Below the pieces are notes generated by a model. It saw only the letters and a list, made by a program, of their open reading frames with translations, was not told where the DNA came from and did not search any database. A program made the translations under genes and the position numbers. A stretch of 60,458 nucleotides of DNA. Origin: Thermoplasmatota archaeon. GTDB lineage: Archaea; Thermoplasmatota; Poseidoniia; Poseidoniales; Poseidoniaceae. This document shows positions 33,213-42,723 of the stretch, in pieces (positions within the stretch are counted from its first letter, which is position 1; every line of letters starts with the position of its first letter). Location: assembly GCA_036160735.1 (NCBI GenBank), contig JAYYDR010000055.1, forward strand, positions 1 to 60,458. Direction: 5' to 3'.

Positions 33213-34409
33213 ATGCGAAAGTTAATTGCTGGACTTTTGGCGCTTCTATTTGCCTTTCAGACTACGATTGTTGCATCCGGGGAAGAGGGTGAGCAAATCC
33301 TAGATGAATGCGTTCTTTCATTCGACGGAGAAAATGCAAATCTATCGGTTCATTACCAAGTTGACCTAGGACCAAGAATACCAGGTTCTGCAGCAAGTTC
33401 AGCCTTAAGAGAATCGATTAAATCTAATCTCACAGGGTGGCACATAACCGAATCAACCCACCACTCCAATGGATACACTCTGACTAATTTGTTTGCAACG
33501 TGGAATAAAGGCCAAGGCTCTACAGTCGTTTTTGCAGCGCATTATGACACCAGACACAAAGCAGACGAGGATTGGAATGAAAGCAGAAGAGATGAACCAA
33601 TCGATGGTGCAAACGATGGTGCAAGCGGAGTTGCAGTGTTGTTGGAGCTTGCCAGAATAATTCCGGAAATGAACCTCACTCACGAAATTACTCTTTTCTT
33701 TACAGACGCTGAAGACCAAGGAGATAACCATTCAACGTACCTACTTGGAGCTAAGGCATGGGCCGAAAATATGAGCCAAGAAGATGCTGATAGAATCGAG
33801 TCATTTGTCCTAGTCGATATGGTCGGTGATTCAGACTTAACTTTACAAAAAACAAGCCCAGGTAACACAACATTGTGGAATAGAACTGAACAAATAATTA
33901 CAAACTTGGATGATGTTTGCAATCTCAAAGATTCATCATACTTTAATTTCGACTTGGTCGATGGGATATACGATGACCATGTGCCTGCGCACAACCTTGG
34001 AATTCCTGCGATTGACATCATCGACACCAGATTTGGAGAAGGTGCAAATTACCTAAGCGGCCATTGGCACACGCACAATGACACAATAGACAAAGTGAGC
34101 GCAGAATCTCTTGAAACTGTGGGGTATATTCTCGAGTATGGACTGAAAACTGAAGCATGGATAAACGTGAGAACAATCACATCACTGGAATCAGACTCTG
34201 ATATGGACGGAATTCCTGACGAAATGGATGAATGCCCACTAGAGTTTGGCTCAGAATCAAACGGCTGTGAAGAGCAAAATGATGACTCAGTAATCGGCTC
34301 TCAAGATTTTGATGACTTGACTACAGGCATCATTCTTGCACTATGTACAATCCTCGTCTGTGCAAATTTACTTTGGATAATAATCGCGGATAACAGAGGG
34401 GAGGGGTGA
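33213..34409 (+). CDS. M28-family aminopeptidase / glutaminyl-cyclase-like, membrane anchored
   Basis: 398 aa. Signal peptide, FAAHYDTR, IDGANDGASGVAVLLELAR, FFTDAEDQG and HTHNDT metal-ligand blocks, and a C-terminal TM. Confidence 0.75.
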   Translation: MRKLIAGLLALLFAFQTTIVASGEEGEQILDECVLSFDGENANLSVHYQVDLGPRIPGSAASSALRESIKSNLTGWHITESTHHSNGYTLTNLFATWNKGQGSTVVFAAHYDTRHKADEDWNESRRDEPIDGANDGASGVAVLLELARIIPEMNLTHEITLFFTDAEDQGDNHSTYLLGAKAWAENMSQEDADRIESFVLVDMVGDSDLTLQKTSPGNTTLWNRTEQIITNLDDVCNLKDSSYFNFDLVDGIYDDHVPAHNLGIPAIDIIDTRFGEGANYLSGHWHTHNDTIDKVSAESLETVGYILEYGLKTEAWINVRTITSLESDSDMDGIPDEMDECPLEFGSESNGCEEQNDDSVIGSQDFDDLTTGIILALCTILVCANLLWIIIADNRGEG

Positions 34410-34484
34410 AATCCGCGCACGACATCGGGTAATTCAACGGGAGGTGCAATTATTAGCCAAGACAAAGAAAATCGGCTTGCAGCA

Positions 34485-35312
34485 TTGCGCCAAAGAGTCC
34501 GTTCAAAACTTCTCGATTCACGGATAGCATCCAACAAGCGCAAAAGGAAAGCAGATGATGAGATCGTTGTCCAAATCCAAAAGTCAGATGAAACGGGATT
34601 CGTTGATTTCGAAACCGATGTGTTATCAGAAGGAGAAAGAAGGCGACGAATCGCATCTGCTTTGGTTATGATTGGAGCTTTGATGGGAGTTGTTTCAGGA
34701 GCACTGATTCTCCAAGGTAACCCATCTGGTCTGCTCAACTCTTCCATTTTCAAAACGACGGAATCACTAGACATACATGGATTTGTTTTGGACGAGGATG
34801 GTGAACCAGTTGCGAATGTTTCGATTGAATTGGTTGACCCTGAATCAAACTCACCATTGAAGAGCAGTACTTCAGATGAATATGGAAGGTACGTAATCGA
34901 CTCAGTACTGGTCAAAGAATACGAATTGCATGTCTCTAAACAGGGATATCAAACAGTAATATTGTCATTCAAGCCAGAACCTATTGGGATTTCACCTATC
35001 ACGATGGTCGCTGGGGATGGAGAGAGAACGAAAGATGAATTGTCCGCAACAGAAGGGTGGTCAATGGAAAATGCCGTAGCACTTGCTACATTTGAGGGTG
35101 TTTTCACCATTGCATGCGCATTGGTTGGAGTACACGCTTCGTTTGAAATAAAGAGAAAAAAACGGTACAGAAGAACTCAAGCATTCTGTTGGGTAGGTCT
35201 ATTCAGTAGAGGCTTAATCATATTTGGACCGGCTCTTATTCTACTGGGCATGGTTTTCCTTATGCTCGACAAAGAGGATTTCGAGGATCAAAAGGTAGAG
35301 GAGGTATTCTGA
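34485..35312 (+). CDS. membrane protein with carboxypeptidase-regulatory-like (CarboxypepD_reg) beta-sandwich domain
   Basis: 275 aa. IHGFVLDEDGEPVANVSIELVD...SDEYGRYVI...GYQT motif, flanked by TM helices. Confidence 0.5.
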   Translation: MRQRVRSKLLDSRIASNKRKRKADDEIVVQIQKSDETGFVDFETDVLSEGERRRRIASALVMIGALMGVVSGALILQGNPSGLLNSSIFKTTESLDIHGFVLDEDGEPVANVSIELVDPESNSPLKSSTSDEYGRYVIDSVLVKEYELHVSKQGYQTVILSFKPEPIGISPITMVAGDGERTKDELSATEGWSMENAVALATFEGVFTIACALVGVHASFEIKRKKRYRRTQAFCWVGLFSRGLIIFGPALILLGMVFLMLDKEDFEDQKVEEVF

Positions 35313-36665
35313 ATGTACCTCATAACCGTCGAAGGAGGTGACGGTTCTGGGAAGGGTGAAGCAGTTAGAATACTTGCAAACTTAGCAAACAGACTAGCAT
35401 TCCCAAAAGTCCACGTTACACACGAACCAAGAAGGCACAGTAAGTTGGGGAAAATAGCCCTCAGTGCCGTAAGTAAGGGTGACCATACTCCACTTGAAGA
35501 AGCAGGATTATTCGCTGCCGATAGAGTTGACCATTCCCACACTTGGATAAGGCCAAAATTATTGAAAGGAGATTTGGTGATTTCGGACAGGAATATTCAC
35601 TCTAGCCTAGTATACCAGGGAGTAGTAGGGGATTTGGGACTTGAACAAGTTGCAGAAATGAACTCTGCTGCTATGATACCGGACCTAGTAATTTGGATTG
35701 ACTGCGACCCTAGCAAAGCCATGAAGCGGATAAATTCGGGCACTTTACGTATGGCTGGAGAGAAGCATGAATACTTTGAGACCACAGAAATTCAGACAAA
35801 AATTAGAGCAGGATTTAGTGGCATATTGTCCGGTGAAATTCCAACCCCTCAACCTTTCAGCAAGTGTTGCATTATGGGACCTGTACTGAATGAAAGTGGA
35901 TTGGATGAATTGGAAAAGCAACTATCACAAGTGCTTAGCACTTTTTTCAATAGAAGACCTGAACCATTGAATGTAAGCAGAGATGAAGTCGATAGGCACC
36001 TCTTACGCTCATTGACCGCAGGTGTTCAAACCCAACGTAGGCTACCAGGAGCGCCGGTGCAGCACGCTTCTTTGCTAGAGGATTGGTTGGATGGTAAATC
36101 TCCGGCACAGTGGATGGGAATCGCTGAAAAGGAGTGGGATGAAAAAAGGGCCAAAGAATCAGATGTTCCAGCGAGACCAATCGCTCATTCTTCTTGGGCA
36201 ATATTGGGTACACTTTCTCTTACCGATACAACCGATGTCCCAAGTCTTCACAAGCAATTAGGACCAGTGCGGTCTGTGACAAAACGGCATACCCAGAGAC
36301 TGGTAAAATGGCTTGAGCAGGAGAGGTGGATCCATCGACAACAAAACCATGTCCCATTTGCTGAAGCTCAATTATTCAAATTGAGGAAAAGTAGGCTCGG
36401 ATACGGCAGACTCTGCCTAGCAATGTGGCCATTAAGGGCTGCTTTGGCCAGTTGGAGAAGATCAAACCAAGATTCAGATTGGAGAGATGCACTAAAGGAA
36501 ATAATATCCTATAAAGATACCAAAAAAGCACCATTGACGGTTCGTAAAGCAGTAAGTGACGTCATGAAAAGACTGGAATTAATCTCTAGTGGTCATGCGG
36601 AATGCCCGGTACCAAAGAACGAGAGTGAATTGTTAGTATGGTGGGCTACTGAGCCGCCAAAGTGA
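35313..36665 (+). CDS. tmk: thymidylate kinase fused to an about 250-aa basic C-terminal domain of unknown function
   Basis: 450 aa. N-terminal VEGGDGSGKG P-loop, THEPRR, FAADR, ISDRNIHSSLVYQG and PDLVIWIDCD match dTMP kinase. The rest (aa about 200-450) is R/K/W-rich with no family I recognise. Confidence 0.75.
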   Translation: MYLITVEGGDGSGKGEAVRILANLANRLAFPKVHVTHEPRRHSKLGKIALSAVSKGDHTPLEEAGLFAADRVDHSHTWIRPKLLKGDLVISDRNIHSSLVYQGVVGDLGLEQVAEMNSAAMIPDLVIWIDCDPSKAMKRINSGTLRMAGEKHEYFETTEIQTKIRAGFSGILSGEIPTPQPFSKCCIMGPVLNESGLDELEKQLSQVLSTFFNRRPEPLNVSRDEVDRHLLRSLTAGVQTQRRLPGAPVQHASLLEDWLDGKSPAQWMGIAEKEWDEKRAKESDVPARPIAHSSWAILGTLSLTDTTDVPSLHKQLGPVRSVTKRHTQRLVKWLEQERWIHRQQNHVPFAEAQLFKLRKSRLGYGRLCLAMWPLRAALASWRRSNQDSDWRDALKEIISYKDTKKAPLTVRKAVSDVMKRLELISSGHAECPVPKNESELLVWWATEPPK

Positions 36666-37418
36666 CTACTCCTCTTCAGATTTCATACTGAATCGACTTC
36701 CTGAAGGTAACATAACGCTCGATGGATTTAGACCGAATAATGCTGGCCTTGCTGAAAAAGATGCTGCCATGAAGACGCCAACTAGGAAACCAAATGGAGT
36801 GCCAGTTATAATTCGCATAGTAGCTGTCGATTCATACGATGTTAGCATCTGGGTGAAACCGTCAATGGCCATTGGAATCGCAGCAATTCCTGCGATTACG
36901 AGCATTGCAAACATCCGCTTGTCTTTCTTGTAAACAGACTCCAGAGATTTATCCGGTAACAAAGACAAGAATGTATCTCGAATTGTCCAGCGATTGAAAC
37001 CCTTTCTGGAGAACAGGAAACCTCCTATTGCGATTCCGAGGAAAATCCCTACATCCCTAACACAAACAGGCATTTGGTTGCCGTTTATTTCCCAAGACCT
37101 TTCTGCTTTAGTGTGGCAATTTAAATCCCCAAATCCGTAGATGAAAGCTGCATATGGGTCTAAATCACTCCATACAAATTCACCGTATTTTGATTGATTG
37201 TGTCCCACATCACCATTGACACTCGTCTGTAAATTACCCCAGCCATCTTCTGAGTGATAATCGAACGCGTTTGCCCTTCCTGACAATTTTGGAACACTCC
37301 CCTCAGGAAGGTAGAATGGTACTAAGAAAAAAGAGATGAGAAGAAAAGTGGAGATTCCTCCAATCCACAATCCGACCTTTTTTTCTCTCGAACGATTGTC
37401 CAAACCGTTCTTTTGCAT
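36666..37418 (-). CDS. DUF2085-family membrane protein
   Basis: CHTKAERSWEINGNQMPVCVRDVGIFLG matches the DUF2085 signature. The start was trimmed to ATG 37418 (MQKNGL...) because the track extension to 37733 overlaps the opposite-strand gene. Confidence 0.55.
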   Translation of the reverse strand: MQKNGLDNRSREKKVGLWIGGISTFLLISFFLVPFYLPEGSVPKLSGRANAFDYHSEDGWGNLQTSVNGDVGHNQSKYGEFVWSDLDPYAAFIYGFGDLNCHTKAERSWEINGNQMPVCVRDVGIFLGIAIGGFLFSRKGFNRWTIRDTFLSLLPDKSLESVYKKDKRMFAMLVIAGIAAIPMAIDGFTQMLTSYESTATMRIITGTPFGFLVGVFMAASFSARPALFGLNPSSVMLPSGSRFSMKSEEE

Positions 37419-37476
37419 ATCAACCCCGAAGCGCCGGCAGGGGATATGTTTTCTCCTACCTCGGTTTGGGGGTAAC

Positions 37477-38166
37477 ATGGAGGAGAAGGTCGGATTCAGA
37501 AGGGGCCTCTCCGCAGCAGTAGTGCTTGGATTATACTCCGGATTCATGCTTGCCGTTGCAATAGCCATGGTTCTAGGAACAGGGGGACTGAAAACCGCAG
37601 CCTTCCTTTGGGGAGCAACTATCGTTATTTCCTCAATTATTCTTACACCGATATTAGCAGGTGGAAGAAAACGAGGCTTAGCAGAGACTGATGCAACTGT
37701 AAATAATCTAAGAGAAGGACTTAGTGAGTTCAATGAGGGAGTCGGTGGCTGGAGATCATTATCACACGTCAGAGGCGAAGGTATGGGTGCTTCTGTATCT
37801 CTATCTCATGCATCTAATCCGTTGATAATTATTGAAAAAGCACTCAAAATTGCCAGTGACTGTAAAATTACATTCAGATTCTCAAAAAGCGACCCAACAC
37901 TTAGAGATAAAGTTCTACCAATTTTAGAAGAAAAGGTTGGACAAAATAGAATCCAAAGGAGAACCAAATCTTTGACTGTAACACCAGAGCAAATCATCGA
38001 TAGGTCTGTTATTATCACAAGGATGATGATGCTCTGTCCACCGCTTGCTGTAGCAGGCAGTGTTGCGTTTTATTCCTTGGCTCCCGAACAATTAATTCTC
38101 ACAATTTTGGGTGGTTTTGCAGGAGCAGTTCTGGGTATGATGATCGTTACAAACAAGGGAAGATAA
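37477..38166 (+). CDS. hypothetical membrane protein
   Basis: ATG 37477 (MEEKVGFRRGL...) was chosen over the track start 37336. N-terminal and C-terminal TM pairs flank a soluble middle region. Confidence 0.4.
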   Translation: MEEKVGFRRGLSAAVVLGLYSGFMLAVAIAMVLGTGGLKTAAFLWGATIVISSIILTPILAGGRKRGLAETDATVNNLREGLSEFNEGVGGWRSLSHVRGEGMGASVSLSHASNPLIIIEKALKIASDCKITFRFSKSDPTLRDKVLPILEEKVGQNRIQRRTKSLTVTPEQIIDRSVIITRMMMLCPPLAVAGSVAFYSLAPEQLILTILGGFAGAVLGMMIVTNKGR

Positions 38167-38195
38167 CAATAGGAGAAATAAAATGTAATACTGGA

Positions 38196-39023
38196 TTGTC
38201 TTCAAACATGCGGGAAATCACTCTCTTCTGGAGTAAACCTCGCATAATGGAGACTGACGTCGCTCCAATCCTTGAAATTGTAAACCAGCTAGAATTCCTA
38301 GCATACATTAAGAGAACGCCAAGAGACATACGTATCTTACTAAAGGCATCTTTCAAACCCGGAAAAAAACCTGAGGACTTGAACAGTTTATACTTCTTGG
38401 AATTAATCGATATTCATCACACACCCGAATCGAGTGATGAAAGTTACGTGATTAACATAAAAATCACACACCCGCTATCAAATTTAAACGCTCGAACTGG
38501 TGGTACAACAGCAGTTCCTGGTTGCAGACTAGATGGTGAAGGTCTTACATACGTCATACAAGGTGGGAATGTAAGGTTGAGATTGGTTGCGGCAATGGCT
38601 AGATTAATGGCAAAACCTGACCGAATTTCTGCTCGTAACTTAGACCTGAATACAACGCAGGACACTGGCCCACTCAATCCAAAACAACTGAGACTAGCAA
38701 AATTCGCTTACGATAAGGGCTGGTATGACATCAATAAGGGAGTTAGAATTTCTGAAATGGCAGAGGAGCTATCCATAGCAAGAGCAACGCTTGCTGAACA
38801 CTTGAATCGTATTGAGAGTTTGATAATGGATGACCTTCTTGGTTCATTCACAAATATCAGCATAAGCCCAGATGAATTTTCTATGTTCAAGGACATGGTA
38901 ATCGATGACTCGGAGACATTGGGATATGGGGAAGATGAACAATTCAAGAAGTTGCTAGAAAACATGCATACAAACATTGAGTTTGAGGAAGACCCTGCAG
39001 AGGACGACGACGTTGAAGAGTGA
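38196..39023 (+). CDS. HTH_10 (bacterio-opsin-activator-type) DNA-binding regulator
   Basis: 275 aa. C-terminal LNPKQLRLAKFAYDKGWYDINKGVRISEMAEELSIARATLAEHLNRIE is the HTH_10 signature, followed by an acidic tail. The start is TTG 38196 or ATG 38208. Confidence 0.65.
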   Translation: MSSNMREITLFWSKPRIMETDVAPILEIVNQLEFLAYIKRTPRDIRILLKASFKPGKKPEDLNSLYFLELIDIHHTPESSDESYVINIKITHPLSNLNARTGGTTAVPGCRLDGEGLTYVIQGGNVRLRLVAAMARLMAKPDRISARNLDLNTTQDTGPLNPKQLRLAKFAYDKGWYDINKGVRISEMAEELSIARATLAEHLNRIESLIMDDLLGSFTNISISPDEFSMFKDMVIDDSETLGYGEDEQFKKLLENMHTNIEFEEDPAEDDDVEE

Positions 39024-39049
39024 GTCGTCTGCAAAGGTTGTGTTTTCCC

Positions 39050-40012
39050 ATGAGTAATCTTGCAAAATTACTTTCTAATCTGAAACTATCAGGTATCGAG
39101 ATACCAGAACACGTCGAAAGAGCGATGTATAAAGTTGACATAGAAGATTTCACCAACTATGACCCAGATGATTTCTACTTTGACAGACCGGTAGTTTTCA
39201 TGAAATCACAAAATGGTGGATTCAAGAATATATCTGCACCTCACATGATTGTTACAATGCTGCATTATCTCGAGTTAAACGAAGGTCAACACATTGTCAT
39301 ATATGGTGCTAAAGGGGGTTATTTAAGCGCTTTAATTGCCCATGTCATTGAGGAAAAAGGGAGCGTAACGGTCATCGACCCATCTATGGAAGTAGTATCA
39401 CATGTATCTAAGAAATTAATCGGATATCCAACCGTTAAATGCTACCACACATCCCAATTAGATGAAAACATACTGCCAAAACTAAACCGTGTTCTTGTAA
39501 CTGGTCAGTTGAATCATTTACCAACTTGGTTAAGCGGAGAATTAGAGGATGGTGGTTTTGCGATTGCACCAATAGGTAATCGGTCACATCAAAAACTACT
39601 GAAGTTAGAAAAACAAGGCGATGAGTTGCTTGAAACCGACCTCGGTAGCGTAGTTTTTGGCCCCGTTGATATATCTGATACAATTAGTGATTCACCTTCA
39701 CCTAGCGAAATGGCTGAGATGATCGAACAAGTCATCGAAATAATGGCAGATTCGAGAATAGTCGAGGATTCAGAGAAGAATAAGTTGTACGATTTAGTTG
39801 CTGATTTGCGACAATTGCCGGATGACTTGCCTCCTCCTGAAGAATTCGAAGACCCCAGCGAGCATCCAATGATGAAACTCATGATGAAAAAGGGCGAATG
39901 GTTCGTCAAACTATGGCCGGTCATACAGGCTGCTATGGAAACTAGAATTGCATCTTTTGACTCTCCTGAAAATTACGATAGAAAAAGGAATCACAACGAT
40001 TTCATCCCTTGA
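39050..40012 (+). CDS. protein-L-isoaspartate O-methyltransferase-like protein with acidic C-terminal extension
   Basis: NISAPHMIVTMLHYLEL and VTVID blocks match PIMT, but SAM motif I reads IVIYGAKGGY instead of VLEIGTGSGY. ATG at 39050 (GTG 39020 is also possible). About 120 extra C-terminal residues. Confidence 0.6.
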   Translation: MSNLAKLLSNLKLSGIEIPEHVERAMYKVDIEDFTNYDPDDFYFDRPVVFMKSQNGGFKNISAPHMIVTMLHYLELNEGQHIVIYGAKGGYLSALIAHVIEEKGSVTVIDPSMEVVSHVSKKLIGYPTVKCYHTSQLDENILPKLNRVLVTGQLNHLPTWLSGELEDGGFAIAPIGNRSHQKLLKLEKQGDELLETDLGSVVFGPVDISDTISDSPSPSEMAEMIEQVIEIMADSRIVEDSEKNKLYDLVADLRQLPDDLPPPEEFEDPSEHPMMKLMMKKGEWFVKLWPVIQAAMETRIASFDSPENYDRKRNHNDFIP

Positions 40013-40021
40013 GGTGATATT

Positions 40022-40972
40022 TTGCCAAATCTGAATACTGAAATTTCGCGACTGACAAATAAGGATGTTAAAATTCGTCGCAGAGCGGTGAGGGCCCTGT
40101 TCGAAGAAGACGATCCAAGTGCTCTACGTGGCTTTGTTAAACTCCTAGATGACCCTGATTTCTGGTTCAGAAACAAAGCACTAGACGCTCATCGCAAGTG
40201 GGCAACAACTGCAGAGGAATTAGAACCTCTGATGGCTAATAATAAGAGACTGGTAGCAGAAATGCTCGAAAAAATACCTGACCACGATATTGCCACAAAA
40301 TTACTGTCTGAAGATGACCACGTCATTCGGTGTTTTGCAGCAAAAACACTTGCGGATTCAGAAAGTCTTCACAAGAAATTCGCCTCTGATGAACACCATT
40401 CTGTGCGAATTATCGCCGCACAAAATTCCAATGATGAGAAATTGATTTCATCACTTCTCAATGATAAACACTCTGCGGTAAAGATGGCTGCAATTTCCAC
40501 AGCTTCCAATAAAGAGATGATTCTGGATGAAGAAGTACTGAAAAACGCACTCAAATCAAGCGATTCATCGCTTCGTTCATTGATTGGTTCAATGTCTGTG
40601 AAATTAGGAGGAGAGATTTTGGATATTGCAAGTAAAGACTCTGACCCAAAGGTCAGAAAATCAATTGCTGATGCCCTGAGACAAGAAGTTGAGACAGTAG
40701 ACTCAAGAATACAGAGTGTTGCAAAAAATTCTCCTGAAATCATCTTGAGGTGGTTACGAATGCGTTACGATTCAGATTCAAGTTCGCTCAGATGGTCAAT
40801 GATTGAAGACCCTTCAATCAATCAAAGAGTGCGCTCAAAGTTAATTGAGCAAATGGATGGTCGCAGGGACATCGACTTGGAGAGGTTGGCAAAAATCACT
40901 CAGGACGACTCTGACTTGGTTAGCATGGCTGCAAAAAACCTAGAACAATCGATTCAAGAATTGGGGGCTTAG
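40022..40972 (+). CDS. HEAT/PBS-lyase-type repeat protein
   Basis: 316 aa. Repeated D/N-x-x-V-R-x-x-A-(A)-x-x-L units (VKIRRRAVRAL, DHVIRCFAAKTL, HHSVRIIAAQ, HSAVKMAAIS, DPKVRKSIADAL). TTG start lies 4 nt after GAGGTGA (40011-40017). Confidence 0.6.
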   Translation: MPNLNTEISRLTNKDVKIRRRAVRALFEEDDPSALRGFVKLLDDPDFWFRNKALDAHRKWATTAEELEPLMANNKRLVAEMLEKIPDHDIATKLLSEDDHVIRCFAAKTLADSESLHKKFASDEHHSVRIIAAQNSNDEKLISSLLNDKHSAVKMAAISTASNKEMILDEEVLKNALKSSDSSLRSLIGSMSVKLGGEILDIASKDSDPKVRKSIADALRQEVETVDSRIQSVAKNSPEIILRWLRMRYDSDSSSLRWSMIEDPSINQRVRSKLIEQMDGRRDIDLERLAKITQDDSDLVSMAAKNLEQSIQELGA

Positions 40973-40974
40973 AT

Positions 40975-42723
40975 TTGGATTCCGGAATAACGTTTAGTGT
41001 CGATGCGACCAATGGCGCTAGTAGAAGATTAACAGTTAGTATTGACATCTCAGGGCCGTTTACTGGGAACATCCTTGAGTTGCGTTTCCCTAGGTGGGTA
41101 CCAGGTTCATACTTCATTCGTGAACCGATACAGCACATGTCAGAATTGAGCGCAACGATTGATGGAGAAAATTCCAAAATCACCCGAGTTGATGTAGATG
41201 GAGCCAAACTTAGTGGAGTTCAAGGGGCGAAATCAGTTTCGATAAGTTACAGGTTATTAGCAGCAGAAATGACTTGCAGAGCAAATCATCTTGATTCAAC
41301 GCATGTCCATATTATGCCTCCATACACTTGGATGCTTCCAACTAGAGGTATTGACAAAAACCGAATTGAAATGGATCATAAAGTGATTCTGAAATCACCT
41401 AGCGATTGGCATACCGCAACACAACTCAAAGGAGTAGAGGGGGAATGGGTCGCTGAAGGTAGAGACGAATTCTTGGATGCAATTATGGAATCCAATGCAA
41501 ACGAAATGATAACTTTCGAAGTAGAAGGGACCAAACAGCATCTCAAGTTGTGGGATTCTGGTGGATTGCCAATTCCAAAAGAGGGACTTGACAGATTCCT
41601 AAATGCGATGAAGTTAGTTATCGAAGAGCACTTTGCGCTATTCGGCGTTCCGGAATGGAAAGATTACTGGACAGTTCTCCATCTAACTGAATCAGGTAGA
41701 GGTGGATTAGAGCACCTAAGAAGCCAAACTTCAATGATGCCAAGAAAATCACTGCAAGAAGGAAATGAAGAACAATGGAGAGACTTAGTCTCATTATTCA
41801 GCCATGAATTCCTACACCAATGGAATGTCAAACAATTACGACCAAAGAATTTCTTGGATTACGAACTGCAAAAAGAAGTCCATTCCGACCTACTCTGGTG
41901 GTTTGAAGGATTAACATCCTGGCTAGGGGACATTTTGTGCTTGAGAAGTGGAGCTTGGAGTGAAGAGGATTGGCGCAAGGATTGGACAAGGAAGATGAAG
42001 CGCCACACCGATAGGAATGGCATGGAATTCGAGTCCCTTCAAGAGAGCAGTCATGATGCTTGGATACACCTATACAGGCCGAATTCATACAGCAGAGAAG
42101 TCCAAATTTCATATTATTTGGAAGGAGAAATGGCAATTTTTTGCCTTGATGCAGAATTAAGAAAACGCTCCAAAGGCGAATATGGAATGGACGATGTGAT
42201 GGCTACTTTGTATCATAATCACAAACTCGATTCAAAAAATCCTGGAATCACTCACTCTGACATAAAAAAGGCACTGGTAAACACTCCGGGAGGTAGAAGA
42301 TTAGGTGTACTGCTAGATTCTTTGGTAGGTGAAAGAAAAGCACCAGATGTTCTGTCAGCACTGAAACTGCTTGGCCTTGACCTTGTTTCTGAAAAGAAAA
42401 CTAAAGGTGGTTGGCTCGGCTTAAATCTCGCCAATTCCCCTAATTGTGTCAAAGTAAGAACACATCTCTCTGGCTCGCCGTGCAGGGAACAAATCCACAC
42501 TGGAGACGAAATCATTGCAGTAAATGGTCACAGAGTACGCTCTTCTGCTGAATTATCAGCAGCTGTATACGGCAGTATTGGAATTGAAACCACATTCACA
42601 ATTTCTCGCGAGGGCGCTATCAAGGAAGTTTACATCACACCAATAGAGAATCCAAAGCACCTGGTAAATCTCGAAGGTAAGGGAAACAAACTATGGGATG
42701 CGATAAAGGCTACTAAGCGGTAA
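40975..42723 (+). CDS. M61 glycyl-aminopeptidase-family metalloprotease with C-terminal PDZ domain
   Basis: 582 aa. HEFLHQWN zinc motif with downstream WWFEGLTSW, and PDZ-like GDEIIAVNGHRV. TTG start lies 3 nt after the upstream stop. Confidence 0.8.
   Translation: MDSGITFSVDATNGASRRLTVSIDISGPFTGNILELRFPRWVPGSYFIREPIQHMSELSATIDGENSKITRVDVDGAKLSGVQGAKSVSISYRLLAAEMTCRANHLDSTHVHIMPPYTWMLPTRGIDKNRIEMDHKVILKSPSDWHTATQLKGVEGEWVAEGRDEFLDAIMESNANEMITFEVEGTKQHLKLWDSGGLPIPKEGLDRFLNAMKLVIEEHFALFGVPEWKDYWTVLHLTESGRGGLEHLRSQTSMMPRKSLQEGNEEQWRDLVSLFSHEFLHQWNVKQLRPKNFLDYELQKEVHSDLLWWFEGLTSWLGDILCLRSGAWSEEDWRKDWTRKMKRHTDRNGMEFESLQESSHDAWIHLYRPNSYSREVQISYYLEGEMAIFCLDAELRKRSKGEYGMDDVMATLYHNHKLDSKNPGITHSDIKKALVNTPGGRRLGVLLDSLVGERKAPDVLSALKLLGLDLVSEKKTKGGWLGLNLANSPNCVKVRTHLSGSPCREQIHTGDEIIAVNGHRVRSSAELSAAVYGSIGIETTFTISREGAIKEVYITPIENPKHLVNLEGKGNKLWDAIKATKR

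Noticed and set aside
34301-34915. 204-aa minus-strand ORF
   Set aside because: It bridges the end of the M28 peptidase gene, the intergenic gap and the start of the next plus-strand gene. It is serine-rich shadow-frame sequence.
37336-37733. Mutually overlapping N-terminal extensions of the DUF2085 gene (minus) and the membrane-protein gene (plus)
   Set aside because: Taking the track starts would give a 398-nt antisense overlap. Internal ATGs at 37418 and 37477 remove it and leave a normal divergent spacer. The extensions carry no recognisable domain.
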